DNA of 64,000 nucleotides from an uncultured Verrucomicrobiae bacterium (GTDB lineage Bacteria > Verrucomicrobiota > Verrucomicrobiia > Chthoniobacterales > UBA10450): assembly GCA_963815455.1 (NCBI GenBank), contig CAWFGO010000001.1, forward strand, positions 1,056,001 to 1,120,000. The letters are read 5' to 3'. Positions 1-10,541 of this stretch are shown piece by piece. The stretch's first letter is position 1; each line of letters opens with the position of its first letter. The notes beneath the pieces are model-generated. The model worked only from the letters and a program-made list of their open reading frames with translations, did not search any database and was not told the origin of the DNA. The translations under genes were made by a program, and so were the position numbers.

Positions 1-271
1 CGATCAATTGTTCGGTGAGTGTGGCCAGATCGACAGCCTGATCATTGAACTTGATCGTCTCGGTCCGGTCGATCGAGATCGTTTGCACCTGCGGCGAATT
101 CACCGGCGGATTTTTCTCGCTGCTCGATGGAATCACGAGGTTCATGCTGCTCTCCATCAGCGGGGTTGTGATCATGAAAATGATCAACAGAACAAACGCC
201 AGATCGAGCAAGGGCGTGATGTTGATCTCGCTCAGCGAGGAGAGGCCCTGGCGCTGAGAATAGCGTCTCAT
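1..271 (-). CDS. exbD: Biopolymer transport protein ExbD/TolR (runs off the window edge)
   Basis: Manual translation from ATG at 271 gives MRRYSQRQGLSSLSEINITPLLDLAFVLLIIFMITTP, the ExbD/TolR TM motif. ATGA overlap with the upstream exbB stop. Confidence 0.9.
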   Translation of the reverse strand, partial: MRRYSQRQGLSSLSEINITPLLDLAFVLLIIFMITTPLMESSMNLVIPSSSEKNPPVNSPQVQTISIDRTETIKFNDQAVDLATLTEQLI

Positions 272-1023
272 CTCCGAAAACTCCCTTCGCGCGCGCTGTG
301 ATCGACGTATTTATGCTCGAACTCTGACGCCAGCTCGGCGGCGAAATTGTCCATCTCGACGATGATGGCGCGAATGCTGGTGACGAGAAAATTGTAACCG
401 AACATCGCCGGGATCGCGACGCAGAGCGCGGTCACAGTGGTGATGAGCGCACCGGAAACGCCGGGCGCCATAGCGGCGAGATTAGGCGAACCGGCCACCG
501 CCACGCCGGTGAACGCATCCATCACGCCCCAGACGGTGCCAAGCAATCCGAGAAACGGCGAGCCGCTGACCGCGGTTGCGAGCAAAATCATTTGCGATTC
601 CAGCTCGAGCGCGGTCTCGCCCACGGCGCGTTCCATCGCCGCGTTCACGGCGCCCATTTGCGCCGGCGAAATCTTGTCCGCGATCTCGAGCCGGGCCCGA
701 AAAGTTTCGTCCACCTCGGCCGAGCCTAGCAAATGAAACGTCATTTCCTGGCAACCTGCACGATAAACACTGAAATCGGGCGCGCCGGGGAAACGCGCAT
801 TTTTCTGGAACAGACGAAGCGGTTGTCGATCCTGCCGGAAGGCCGCTCGAAACCGGGCATTCTGGTTTCGAGCGAACTGGACCACCCGCAGTTTGGTGAT
901 CATAATCGACCAGCTAAAAATCGACGCCACCGCGAGAAGCAGCAGGACAAGTTTTCCCGCCACCGTCGCGTGATCGAATGCGAATAGCAGACCCCCTGCT
1001 GCTAGCAAATCTGGAAGGAACAT
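268..1023 (-). CDS. exbB: MotA/TolQ/ExbB proton channel protein
   Basis: SPFLGLLGTVWGVMDAF and APGVSGALITT motifs; adjacent to exbD. Confidence 0.9.
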   Translation of the reverse strand: MFLPDLLAAGGLLFAFDHATVAGKLVLLLLAVASIFSWSIMITKLRVVQFARNQNARFRAAFRQDRQPLRLFQKNARFPGAPDFSVYRAGCQEMTFHLLGSAEVDETFRARLEIADKISPAQMGAVNAAMERAVGETALELESQMILLATAVSGSPFLGLLGTVWGVMDAFTGVAVAGSPNLAAMAPGVSGALITTVTALCVAIPAMFGYNFLVTSIRAIIVEMDNFAAELASEFEHKYVDHSAREGSFRR

Positions 1024-1094
1024 ATTTGCTTCACCTGGAGTAAGTAATAACGCACTACGGTGAAAGTGCTACTGAAAGAATGCACCACAACGCG

Positions 1095-1176
1095 GTCATC
1101 CTGAGCGAAGTCGAAGGATCCCGTAGAGTTGCCGACAGCTTGGACAACGGGATGTCTCGACTTCGCTCGACATGAC
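1095..1176. repeat. REP-like long palindrome, family A
   Basis: GTCATCCTGAGCGAAGTCGAAGGATCCCG...CGGGATGTCTCGACTTCGCTCGACATGAC inverted arms. Confidence 0.85.
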
Positions 1177-1177
1177 A

Positions 1178-2107
1178 CTAACGCTTCTTCGGATACGTCG
1201 GCCGCATTCTGGCCGCGATCACGAACGCGATGCCGATCGCGATCAAGAAGAATGAGAAAAACTGGCCGCGGGTGAATCCTGCGATCATCGACGAATCCGG
1301 CTCGCGAAAATATTCGATCACGATCCGGAAAATTGCGTAACAGATAAAGAAGAGGCCGATTAAGACACCGTTCGGTTGCCGCATGCGGGTGCGCACGAAC
1401 CAGAGGATCGCGAATAGAACGATCCCTTCGAAGAACGCTTCGTAGAGTTGGGACGGATGCCGGGGAGTGAGAATCGAGCCCAAGACCTGTTTCACCTGCG
1501 GTTGTCGATGCACCGCGGCAACAATTGCTTCCGGCGTGGTCAGCGCGGGATCGGCCTGGGCACAGGCAGTCACCGCTCGCTCGGCCTCGGCCGGATGATC
1601 GAACAACTCCTTGGGAAACTGTATCGCCCACTTCACGTTTGTGGCGCGTCCGTACAGTTCGCCATTAATAAAATTAGCGCATCGTCCAAAAAACAAGCCC
1701 AGAGGCGCGGTCACGACCAGATTGTCCCCCAGATTCAGCCATGAAGTCTGGTGGCGGCGCGCAAAATACAAGCTGAACAACAAAATGCCCATCATCCCGC
1801 CGTGGCTCGACATTCCGCCTTCCCACACCCGCAAGATCGACATCGGCTCGCGCAGCATCTCGGGTTTATAGAAAAAAACGTAACCGAGCCGGCCACCGAG
1901 AATTACCCCGAACAGGGCGCAGCCGGTGATATAATCGGCGACCTTCTCCACCGGTAGATCGGCATACCCCATCCTCGAGAGCGCTCGCAAAAGGACGTAA
2001 CCGCAAATGAATGCCAGCACATAGGCGAGTCCGTACCAACGCGGCCCGACATTGTCGTAAATCCGGAAAATGATCGGGTCGAGATCGTGGATGTAGTAGG
2101 CGAACAC
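1178..2107 (-). CDS. lgt: Prolipoprotein diacylglyceryl transferase
   Basis: RWYGLAY, GGRLGYV, GGMSSHGG, GRCANFINGELYGR and HPSQLYE motifs; start estimated at GTG 2107. Confidence 0.95.
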   Translation of the reverse strand: MFAYYIHDLDPIIFRIYDNVGPRWYGLAYVLAFICGYVLLRALSRMGYADLPVEKVADYITGCALFGVILGGRLGYVFFYKPEMLREPMSILRVWEGGMSSHGGMMGILLFSLYFARRHQTSWLNLGDNLVVTAPLGLFFGRCANFINGELYGRATNVKWAIQFPKELFDHPAEAERAVTACAQADPALTTPEAIVAAVHRQPQVKQVLGSILTPRHPSQLYEAFFEGIVLFAILWFVRTRMRQPNGVLIGLFFICYAIFRIVIEYFREPDSSMIAGFTRGQFFSFFLIAIGIAFVIAARMRPTYPKKR

Positions 2108-2157
2108 GCTGGTGATTGTCACTGATCTTCCGAATTCGAGCAATACAATCGCGCATC

Positions 2158-2310
2158 GTCATCCCGAGCGCAGTCGAGGGATCCCGTTGCGAAAGCTTTA
2201 AGGTTTCATCACGGGATCCTTCGACCCCGAAAGCGTTCGGGGCTCAGGATGACAACTGTAGCCGTCGCCCTGCGGGCGACGCGCACGCTTCGCACAGCGA
2301 AGCGGCTACA
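2158..2310. repeat. Family A palindrome (2158-2253) followed by a GTAG-ended palindrome (2257-2310)
   Basis: GTCATCCCGAGC...GCTCAGGATGAC, then TGTAGCCG...CGGCTACA. The second element contains the uvrA stop codon. Confidence 0.8.
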
Positions 2311-5300
2311 GAGCGGACGACGTCTCTAGAACTTCCCGCAAAAACGGCGCGGTGCGGCTGAGGCGATTCTTCGCGACCTCCTCCGGCGTTCCGGTTGCCA
2401 CGATCTGCCCACCATCGGCGCCGGCTTCCGGGCCAAGATCGACAACGTAATCGGCTTCGGCGATCACGCTGAGATTATGCTCGATCACGATCACGGTGTT
2501 CCCTTCATCGACGAGTCGATGCAGCACATTGAGCAGCAGTTCTACGTCGGCCATGTGCAGGCCAATGGTCGGCTCCTCCAGCAAATACAATGTCGATCCC
2601 GGTTTCCGCATTTTGCGAATCCGTTCGTTAGCCGCGCGGCTCACTCCTCGTTTGAGTTGGGTCACCAGTTTCAACCGTTGCGCTTCGCCGCCGCTCAAGG
2701 TCGGGCTCGGTTGGCCCAGTTTCAGATAGCCCAATCCGGTATCGACCAACAACGAAAGCGCGCGACCGATCTTCGGATGGGCCGAGAAAAAGTCGGCTGC
2801 TTCCTCGATCGTCATCTCCATCACGTCGCCGATCGATTTCTCGTTGTAGAGAACCTCCAGCGTTTGCGGATTATAACGCCGTCCCCGGCAATCCTCGCAC
2901 GGCACATAACTGCTGGGCAAAAAATTCATCTCCAGTTTGATCACGCCCTGGCCCTTGCAGGTCTCGCATCGGCCGCCCTCGGAATTGAACGAAAACCGGC
3001 TGGCCGAATAACCGCGGACCCGCGAGACCGGCAGTTGCGCGTACAAATTGCGGATCTCGTCAAACACTTTGATATAAGTGGCCGGCGTCGAGCGGGACGT
3101 CTTGCCGATGGGCGATTGATCGACTTCGTAAACGGCTTCGATTTTCTCCGCGCCGCTAACGAGATTGAACAACTCGCCGTTGCCGTCACGTTTTCGTTCT
3201 TCCAACTCGTCCCGCACGGCCGGCCAAAGCACGTCGTGCATTAATGTCGATTTTCCCGAGCCGGAGATCCCAGTAATGACCGAAAGTCTTCCGATCGGAA
3301 AGCGAACATCGACCTCTTTCAGGTTGTTCGCGCGCGCTTTGCGAATTTCGATCCAGTTCTTGACCTCGCGCAGGGAGCGCCGTGATTTGCGAATCGGGTG
3401 ACAAAGCGGCGCTTTTAGATAGCGCCCGGTCTCGGAATTTTTCGCGCCTTGAATATCGCGCAATGTTCCCGTGGCAACGACTTCGCCGCCGTGAACGCCC
3501 GCGCGCGGGCCGAGATCGATGATATGATCCGCGCGCCGCATCGTTTCCTCGTCGTGCTCGACGATCACGAGAGAGTTTCCTTTCTTCCGTAATGCGGTGA
3601 GCGTGTCGAGCAAGCGCAAATTATCTCGCGGATGCAAACCGATGGTCGGTTCGTCGAGCACATAAAGCACGCCGCGCAGATTGGAGCCAAGCTGCGCAGC
3701 CAGACGAATCCGCTGCGATTCGCCGCCGCTCAATGTTTTGGCCGAACGGCCCAGCGCCAGATAACCAAGCCCGACGTTCTCCATGAATAACAACCGCTGC
3801 CGAATTTCCGGCAACAACTCCGCCGCGATAGTTTTTTGCGTCCCGCGAAATTTCAGTCTGTCGATCTTGCTCGCGGCTTCGCTGGCCGACAGGCTGGTGA
3901 ACTGATCTACGCTGAAACCTTGCACGCGCACATGACGGGCGACCTCGTTCAAGCGCGAGCCGTGACAGCTCGGACATTCCCGAGCTTCCTCTTCATCGAT
4001 CCATTCCGACTCGCGCTCGGCGGCCAGCTCGTTTTCCAGAACCGATTCGCCATCGTCTTTTTCGCCGGTTTGCAAACGTTGATTCCAGATTTCGCCGAAC
4101 CCGCCGCACTCCGCGCACGCGCCATGCGGCGAATTGAACGAAAACAATCGCGGATCGAGTTCCTCGAAGGCCCGGCCACATCCCGGGCAACTCATCTCCG
4201 TGCTCATCACAGCTACCCGATTTTTTCCATCGAGAAGATGGGCCGTGCCCCGGCCAATCTCGATCGCGCGCTGGGTAAGATTGCGCGCCTTCAAAATTCG
4301 CCTGGCATCGATCACGCCGACGACCACGTCGATGGTGTGTTCTTTGAATCGCTCAAGCTTTCGAAACTGCGAGATCGGCATGAGCGCGCCATCGACATAA
4401 AGCGTGTCGAATCCCTGCCGCTCGGCCCAGCGCGCAACATCGGTGTGAAAACCCTTGCGAGCTTTAACCAGAGGCGCGAGCACCTTCAACGGCCCGCGTT
4501 TCGCCGCCGTCTCGACCTGTTTCACGATCGCGGCCAGACTCTGCTTTTCCACCGGCAAATCGCAGTCCGGGCAAAATTGGGTTCCGGTCTTGGCGAAAAG
4601 CAACCGGAGGAAATGATAAACCTCCGTTACCGTCGCGACAGTCGATTTGCCGCCGCCGCGGGTGACGCGTTGTTCGATCGCCACGCTAGGCGGCAAGCCT
4701 TCGACCAGATCGACATCCGGCTTTTCGAGTTGCTCGACAAACTGTCGCGCATAGGGCGACATGCTATCGAGGAATCGGCGTTGTCCTTCGGCAAAGAGAA
4801 TATCGAACGCCAGCGTGGATTTGCCGGAACCGCTAAGGCCGGTGATCACGACCATTTGATCGCGCGGAATCTGCACATCGATGTTCTTGAGATTGTGTTC
4901 GCGCGCGCCGTGAATCGAGATGGCCCCAGTGCTGCCGTATAGCGGTGAGTTTTCTGCGGCTCGGGCAAGCTCAACGCCGTCATCCCGAGCGAAGTCGAGG
5001 GATCCCGCGGAGCCACCATCCGAGTATCGCAACGGGATCTCTCGACTGCGCTGCGCTGCGCTCGAGATGACGGAGCGCAAGAATTGCCCCGTGTGCGACC
5101 TGTCGATCTTCGCAACTTGCTCGGGCGTTCCAATTGCAACTACCTGCCCGCCGTCATCGCCCGCTTCCGGTCCGAGATCGATGATCCAATCGGCGGACTT
5201 AATGACTTCAAGATTATGCTCGATCACTACGATCGAATGGCCGCGATCGACCAACCGCTGGAAGAGTCGGAGCAATATCGCCACATCATCGAAGTGTAAA

Positions 5301-8224
5301 CCAGTCGTCGGCTCGTCGAAAATGAACAAACCGCCCCTGGCTTCCTTTTGGCCGTTCGATTCCTCGCCTGAGCGAGTATCAGACAGGTGCCGAACCAGTC
5401 TGAGCCTTTGAGATTCGCCGCCGCTTAATGTATTCAGCGGTTGCCCCAATTTCAGATAACCGAGCCCGACTTCCTCCAGCACATCGAGAGGTTCGGAAAG
5501 AGTCTTCAGCTCGCCGATCTCGGCGAAGAATCGGGTCGCTTCGCTGACGGTCAGCTCAAGCAAATCGTGAATCGATTTACCTTCCAGCATTACTTTCAAC
5601 ACGTGCGGTTGAAAACGCCGGCCTTCACACTCGGCGCATCGCACATAAAGATCGCTCAGGAATTGCATCTCGATCTTTTCAAATCCTGTGCCCGAACAAC
5701 GCTCGCAACGACCGCTGCCGGAATTAAACGAAAATGCGCTGGCGGTCAGCCCCTGGGCCATCGCTTCCGGCTGCGCGGCGAACAATTCGCGGACCCGATC
5801 GTAAAGTCCGAGATACAAAATCGGCGTCGAGCGCGGTGTGCGGGCCAGCGACGATTGATCGACCATCACCACTTCACCGATCCGGTGCGCGCCGGTGACA
5901 GATTTGCACGCGCCCGGTTCTCCTGCCGAGCCGTAGCCCTGCGAAGGCTGGTGATCGGATGCCTGGCCTTTGGCTACGAGCAGGTTTCGATAAAGCACAT
6001 CGTGAATGAGCGTGGATTTCCCGGAGCCGGACACGCCCGTCACGCAGGTGAAAACGCCGAGCGGAAGATCGACATCGATGTTTTTCAGATTGTGTTCGCG
6101 AGCGCCGGCGATCTTGATCGACGATGTCGATCTTCGTCGCTTCTTTGGGATCGAAATCGATTTATGACCGGCGAGATAATCGCGCGTGAGCGACAGGTGG
6201 ATCGGCCGCTCCGCGGGCGATGCTAAATCCGAAGCCGCGAAGCGGCTCAAATTAGATCGCTGCGCGATCTTGTTTGGCATCGTGCGCGGAGCGCCCGATC
6301 CACCAAGGAACCTCGCGAGACTTCCATCCCACACCAATTCGCCCCCGTCCTCGCCGCGACCCGGACCGATGTCGATCAAGTGATCGGCCGCGCGAATAAT
6401 TTGCTCTTCGTGCTCGACGACAAGGAGCGTATTGCCCTTGTCGCGCAAATTGTGCATCACTCGGACGAGCCGGCCGATATCGCGCGGATGGAGCCCGATG
6501 CTGGGCTCGTCCATCACAAACAGCGTGTTGACCAGCGACGCGCCGAGGCAGGTGGTGAGATTGACCCGTTGAACTTCGCCGCCGCTCAAGGTGCGCGTGG
6601 AACGATCGAGCGTCAGATAACCGAGCCCGACCTGGCAAAGATAATTCAGCCGCGCGCAGATTTCGGTGCGCAACATTTCCGCGGTCGAATCGCTTCCGGC
6701 GAGGTCGATCTTCCCGAGAAAATTGCCCGCATCGGAAATGGAGAGAGTCGCGAATTCCGGAAGCGTGATTGAAGCCACCTTGTAATTCAGCGCTTCCGGT
6801 TGAAAACGGCCGCCGTTGCAACTTGGGCAGGTCGTGTAAGCACGATAACGGCTGAGCAGTACTCGCACGTGCATCTTATAAGTCTTGCTCTCGAGCCAGC
6901 GGAAAAATCCGCGCACACCGTACCAACGATCGTTCTCGTAATCGTCATCGATGTATTCGCCCGATCGCTTTTCCCCTTCGATCACGAAGGTTTGATCGCT
7001 CTTGGGCAATTCCTCGAACGGAACGCGAATGTCGATCTCCTCGCGAGCACAAGCCCGGAGCAAATCCTTTTGGGATTCGCCAAACTCCGTGCCGCGAAAA
7101 GCGCGGACCGCGCCCTGGGCAATGCTCAGGCTGCGATCGGGGATCGCTTTGTTGAGATCGATGGCGATGGTACGGCCGAACCCGCGACATTCCGGACACG
7201 CGCCGAGCGGATTATTAAAACTGAACAGACCCGGACTGGGCGCACGAATATCGAGGTCGCAATGCGCGCAATGCCAACCGGTGGAGAAGGGATGTTCGTG
7301 TTCCTGGAGGGACGAGCTTCCGCTCGTCCTAAGACGTGCAGAAGCACGTCCCTCCGAAGGAGTCTTGATGACGTTGACTTTGCCTTTGCCGAAACGAAGC
7401 GCGGTTTCGATCGCTTCGACCAGGCGCGCGCGATTCTCGCTGCTGATCGTGATCCGGTCCTGAATAACCTGGACCCGCGCGCCGAGGCGTAATTTTTTCT
7501 TAGGATCGACATCAACCCGCACAATTTCGTTGTCGATCCAGACGCGCAGATAACCCTGTTGCTGAAGAAACTCGAAGAACTTGCGCGGCTCTGTCTTTGC
7601 CGGAACGGAAATCCAGAAAGTGATCAGCGCGGTTCTCCTGTCATCCTGAGCCCCGAACGCTTTCGGGGTGGAAGGATCCCCTGGCGAAGCCTTTGCGCTT
7701 TTTCCACGGGATTTCTCGACTCCGTTCCGCTTCGCTTCATTCCGCTCGAAATGACAATAAATTTCATCCGCGATCGATTTCGCCGTTTCCGGTCGAATTT
7801 CGCGGCCGCAGCTTGGACAGAACGCATGGGCGATGCGGGGCCAGAGCAACTTCAGGTAATCATTGATCTCGGTCATCGTGCCGACAGTGGAGCGCGACGA
7901 TTTGACCGGGTTCGATTGTTCAATCGCGATGGCAGGCGGAATGCCGCGGATGTCGTCCACGCGCGGCTTGTCCATGCGATCGAGGAATTGCCGCATGTAG
8001 GGGCTGAACGTTTCGACGTATCGCCGCTGCCCTTCGGCGTAAATGGTTTCGAAGGCGAGGCTCGATTTCCCGCTGCCGCTCGGGCCGGTGACGACGGTCA
8101 GTTTCCCGAGCGGAAGATCGACATCGATCCCCTTCAGGTTGTTCTGACGCGCCCCGCGAATCTCGATGCAATCAACTTCAGCGACGTCCACCACGCGTTC
8201 TTTTTCGGCAGCCTTTGAACCCAC
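2306..8224 (-). CDS. uvrA: Excinuclease ABC subunit A, double-length form with four ABC ATPase domains
   Basis: Four GARxxNLK/GxSGSGKS Walker A units, four LSGGE signatures and CxxC zinc fingers in 1972 aa. Confidence 0.95.
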   Translation of the reverse strand: MGSKAAEKERVVDVAEVDCIEIRGARQNNLKGIDVDLPLGKLTVVTGPSGSGKSSLAFETIYAEGQRRYVETFSPYMRQFLDRMDKPRVDDIRGIPPAIAIEQSNPVKSSRSTVGTMTEINDYLKLLWPRIAHAFCPSCGREIRPETAKSIADEIYCHFERNEAKRNGVEKSRGKSAKASPGDPSTPKAFGAQDDRRTALITFWISVPAKTEPRKFFEFLQQQGYLRVWIDNEIVRVDVDPKKKLRLGARVQVIQDRITISSENRARLVEAIETALRFGKGKVNVIKTPSEGRASARLRTSGSSSLQEHEHPFSTGWHCAHCDLDIRAPSPGLFSFNNPLGACPECRGFGRTIAIDLNKAIPDRSLSIAQGAVRAFRGTEFGESQKDLLRACAREEIDIRVPFEELPKSDQTFVIEGEKRSGEYIDDDYENDRWYGVRGFFRWLESKTYKMHVRVLLSRYRAYTTCPSCNGGRFQPEALNYKVASITLPEFATLSISDAGNFLGKIDLAGSDSTAEMLRTEICARLNYLCQVGLGYLTLDRSTRTLSGGEVQRVNLTTCLGASLVNTLFVMDEPSIGLHPRDIGRLVRVMHNLRDKGNTLLVVEHEEQIIRAADHLIDIGPGRGEDGGELVWDGSLARFLGGSGAPRTMPNKIAQRSNLSRFAASDLASPAERPIHLSLTRDYLAGHKSISIPKKRRRSTSSIKIAGAREHNLKNIDVDLPLGVFTCVTGVSGSGKSTLIHDVLYRNLLVAKGQASDHQPSQGYGSAGEPGACKSVTGAHRIGEVVMVDQSSLARTPRSTPILYLGLYDRVRELFAAQPEAMAQGLTASAFSFNSGSGRCERCSGTGFEKIEMQFLSDLYVRCAECEGRRFQPHVLKVMLEGKSIHDLLELTVSEATRFFAEIGELKTLSEPLDVLEEVGLGYLKLGQPLNTLSGGESQRLRLVRHLSDTRSGEESNGQKEARGGLFIFDEPTTGLHFDDVAILLRLFQRLVDRGHSIVVIEHNLEVIKSADWIIDLGPEAGDDGGQVVAIGTPEQVAKIDRSHTGQFLRSVISSAAQRSREIPLRYSDGGSAGSLDFARDDGVELARAAENSPLYGSTGAISIHGAREHNLKNIDVQIPRDQMVVITGLSGSGKSTLAFDILFAEGQRRFLDSMSPYARQFVEQLEKPDVDLVEGLPPSVAIEQRVTRGGGKSTVATVTEVYHFLRLLFAKTGTQFCPDCDLPVEKQSLAAIVKQVETAAKRGPLKVLAPLVKARKGFHTDVARWAERQGFDTLYVDGALMPISQFRKLERFKEHTIDVVVGVIDARRILKARNLTQRAIEIGRGTAHLLDGKNRVAVMSTEMSCPGCGRAFEELDPRLFSFNSPHGACAECGGFGEIWNQRLQTGEKDDGESVLENELAAERESEWIDEEEARECPSCHGSRLNEVARHVRVQGFSVDQFTSLSASEAASKIDRLKFRGTQKTIAAELLPEIRQRLLFMENVGLGYLALGRSAKTLSGGESQRIRLAAQLGSNLRGVLYVLDEPTIGLHPRDNLRLLDTLTALRKKGNSLVIVEHDEETMRRADHIIDLGPRAGVHGGEVVATGTLRDIQGAKNSETGRYLKAPLCHPIRKSRRSLREVKNWIEIRKARANNLKEVDVRFPIGRLSVITGISGSGKSTLMHDVLWPAVRDELEERKRDGNGELFNLVSGAEKIEAVYEVDQSPIGKTSRSTPATYIKVFDEIRNLYAQLPVSRVRGYSASRFSFNSEGGRCETCKGQGVIKLEMNFLPSSYVPCEDCRGRRYNPQTLEVLYNEKSIGDVMEMTIEEAADFFSAHPKIGRALSLLVDTGLGYLKLGQPSPTLSGGEAQRLKLVTQLKRGVSRAANERIRKMRKPGSTLYLLEEPTIGLHMADVELLLNVLHRLVDEGNTVIVIEHNLSVIAEADYVVDLGPEAGADGGQIVATGTPEEVAKNRLSRTAPFLREVLETSSAL

Positions 8225-8280
8225 TGGAGATTATCCGGGCGCATCGGGGTATTGGCAAATTTCTCGCGCTAAAAACGCGC

Positions 8281-8445
8281 GTCGTCCTGATCCCGCCTCG
8301 GCGGGAGAAGGACCTCGCGATGAAGAGATAACGTTTTCGAGCAACCATGTCATCATGCCTTCAGGGCGATTCGGTCCGTGAAACACGACCGCGAGGTCCC
8401 TCGGTCCGAGCCGGACTGGCAGTGTCTGCGCGACTCGGGATGACG
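8281..8445. repeat. Family A palindrome with nested mini-elements
   Basis: GTCGTCCTGA...GGACCTCGCG...CGCGAGGTCC...CTCGGGATGAC, containing CCCGCCTCGGCGGG and GGTCCGAGCCGGACTGGCA. Confidence 0.75.
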
Positions 8446-8450
8446 GACGT

Positions 8451-10257
8451 TTATTGAGCGAACCGGGCGGCAAGTTGATCGCGCTGCTTTAGCAGTTCAT
8501 CCGGGACCACGCCGCCGAGGGAATCGAAGAATTTTTCGTGTTCGGCCAGTTCCTTTTGCCATTCCCCATGATCGACACCGAGCAATTCGGCCACGTATTT
8601 GTGATCGATGTCGAGCTCAGCCAGATCGAGATCGTGCGGACCGGGCAGCCAGCCGACGGGCGATTTGACCGCGCCGCCTTTGCCTTCGCATCGGTCGATC
8701 ATCCATTTTAGCACGCGCATGTTGTCGCCAAACCCGGGCCACAAAAACTTTCCGCCTTCGCCTTTGCGGAACCAGTTCACGTTGAAAATAAGCGGCGGAT
8801 TGGTGAGCCGCGCGCCAATGTCGATCCAGTGACGGAAATAATCGCCGATGTTATAGCCGCAGAATGGCAACATCGCCATCGGGTCGCGCCGGACCTGGCC
8901 GACTGCGCCGGTGGCCGCCGCCGTTGTTTCCGAGGCCATGGTGGCGCCGAGATAAACGCCATGGTTCCAATCAAATGATTGAAACACCAGCGGCATCGTC
9001 CTGCTGCGACGGCCGCCGAAAATGATTGCGCTGATCGGAACGCCTTCGCCTTTTTCGAAATCGGGATCGAGCACGGGATTGTTGCGCGCCGGGGTGGTAA
9101 ACCGGCTGTTCGGGTGGGCGGCTTTATCTTTTGACGCCGGCGTCCAATCGTTGCCGCGCCAATCGATCGCGTGCTTGGGCGGGGCGTCGTTCTTTGCCTT
9201 CCCACCAGACGTCGCCGTCATCGGTGAGCGCGACATTAGTGTAAAGCGTGTCGCGCTCGATCGATTTCATCGCATTCGAATTCGATTTGTAATTCGTCCC
9301 GGGAACGACCCCGAAGTAGCCGTTCTCCGGATTGACCGCATACAGTCTGCCGTCGCGAATCTGCATCCAGGCGATGTCGTCGCCCACCGTCGTGACCTTC
9401 CACCCGGCGAAATGTTTCGGCGGAATCAGCATGGCGAAATTGGTTTTACCACACGCGCTCGGGAACGCTGCGGCGACGTAATGTTTTTTTCCGTCAGGCG
9501 ATTCGACGCCGAGGATCAACATATGCTCGGCCAGCCAGCCTTGTTTGCGCGCCAGATAGGAACCGATGCGCAGGGCGAGGCATTTCTTGCTCAGTAAGAC
9601 ATTCCCGCCGTAACCCGAGCCGACCGAAATGATGGCATTGTCCTGCGGGAAATGACAAATGAACCGGCGGGCAGGATCGACATCTAATAATGAGTGCACC
9701 CCGCGGTTCCATTCCGCCTTGGGATCGTTCCCGAGACGTTTCACCGCGACCGAGCCCATCCGGGTCATGATCCGCATGTTGAGCACGACGTAGATCGAAT
9801 CGGTAATCTCGAAACCGACCTTGGTCAGCGGCGATTCGGGCGGTCCCATGATATAAGGGATAACAAACATGGTCCGGCCGCTCATCGCCCCCTTGAGCAG
9901 ACCGTTCAGTTTCGTGTAAGTCTCGCCCGGATCGGCCCAGTTATTGGTCGGCCCGGCTTCTTGCTTCGTGGGTGTGCAAATGAAAGTGAATTGCTCGACC
10001 CGGGCGACATCGTTCGGATTCGACCGATGCAAATACGAGCCGGGAACTTTTTTCTGGTTCAGCTCGACCAGCCCATTCTGCCGCATGGCTTGATCGATCA
10101 GAAACTTGTTCTCCCGCTCGGAACCGTCGCACCAAAAAATGTTGTCCGGCTTGGTGAGTGCCTCGACTTCCTGCACCCAATCGAGCACCGCTTGATTAGC
10201 CGGCTTGGCGTCGCCGATGCCGGCAGGCGGCGAAATGGCAGGTGCGATATTTTTCAT
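8451..10257 (-). CDS. pckG: Phosphoenolpyruvate carboxykinase (GTP), split by a +1 frameshift near 9194
   Basis: AFPSACGKTN and GDDIAW in ORF 9124-10350; HPNSRF, FGGRR and RRDPMAMLPFCGY in ORF 8451-9236. Removing one base from TTT at 9193-9195 restores WWEGKNDAPPKHAIDW. Confidence 0.9.
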
Positions 10258-10345
10258 GGATAAAGATGTCGATCCTACTGAATCGACCCGAAGAGAGGTA
10301 TGTTCGCCGGAGCGGGCGCGTTCTCCAAGAAATTTTTCGCCTCCC

Positions 10346-10472
10346 GTCATCCCGAGCGAAGTCGCCTGCCGAGCCGTAGCTTCATGCGAAGGCTGGAGGG
10401 ATCCCGCTGCGGGACTTTACGGTAACATCGCGGGATCCTTCGACCCCGAATGCGTTCGGGGCTCAGGATGAC
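10346..10472. repeat. Family A palindrome with a nested family B element (10365-10396)
   Basis: The arm GAGCGAAGTCG|AGGGATCCC is interrupted by CCTGCCGAGCCGTAGC...GCGAAGGCTGG. Confidence 0.8.
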
Positions 10473-10541
10473 AGAGCGAAGATGCCGCTCCGGTCGGGAT
10501 GTTCGCTTGCGCGAGCGTGCGCGCGGCCCTTTATTGAGATC

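Noticed and set aside
2306..8224. Double-length UvrA as a novelty or an intein-containing protein
   Set aside because: Four-ABC-domain UvrA is already known in PVC-group bacteria. The insertions are short palindromes without intein motifs.
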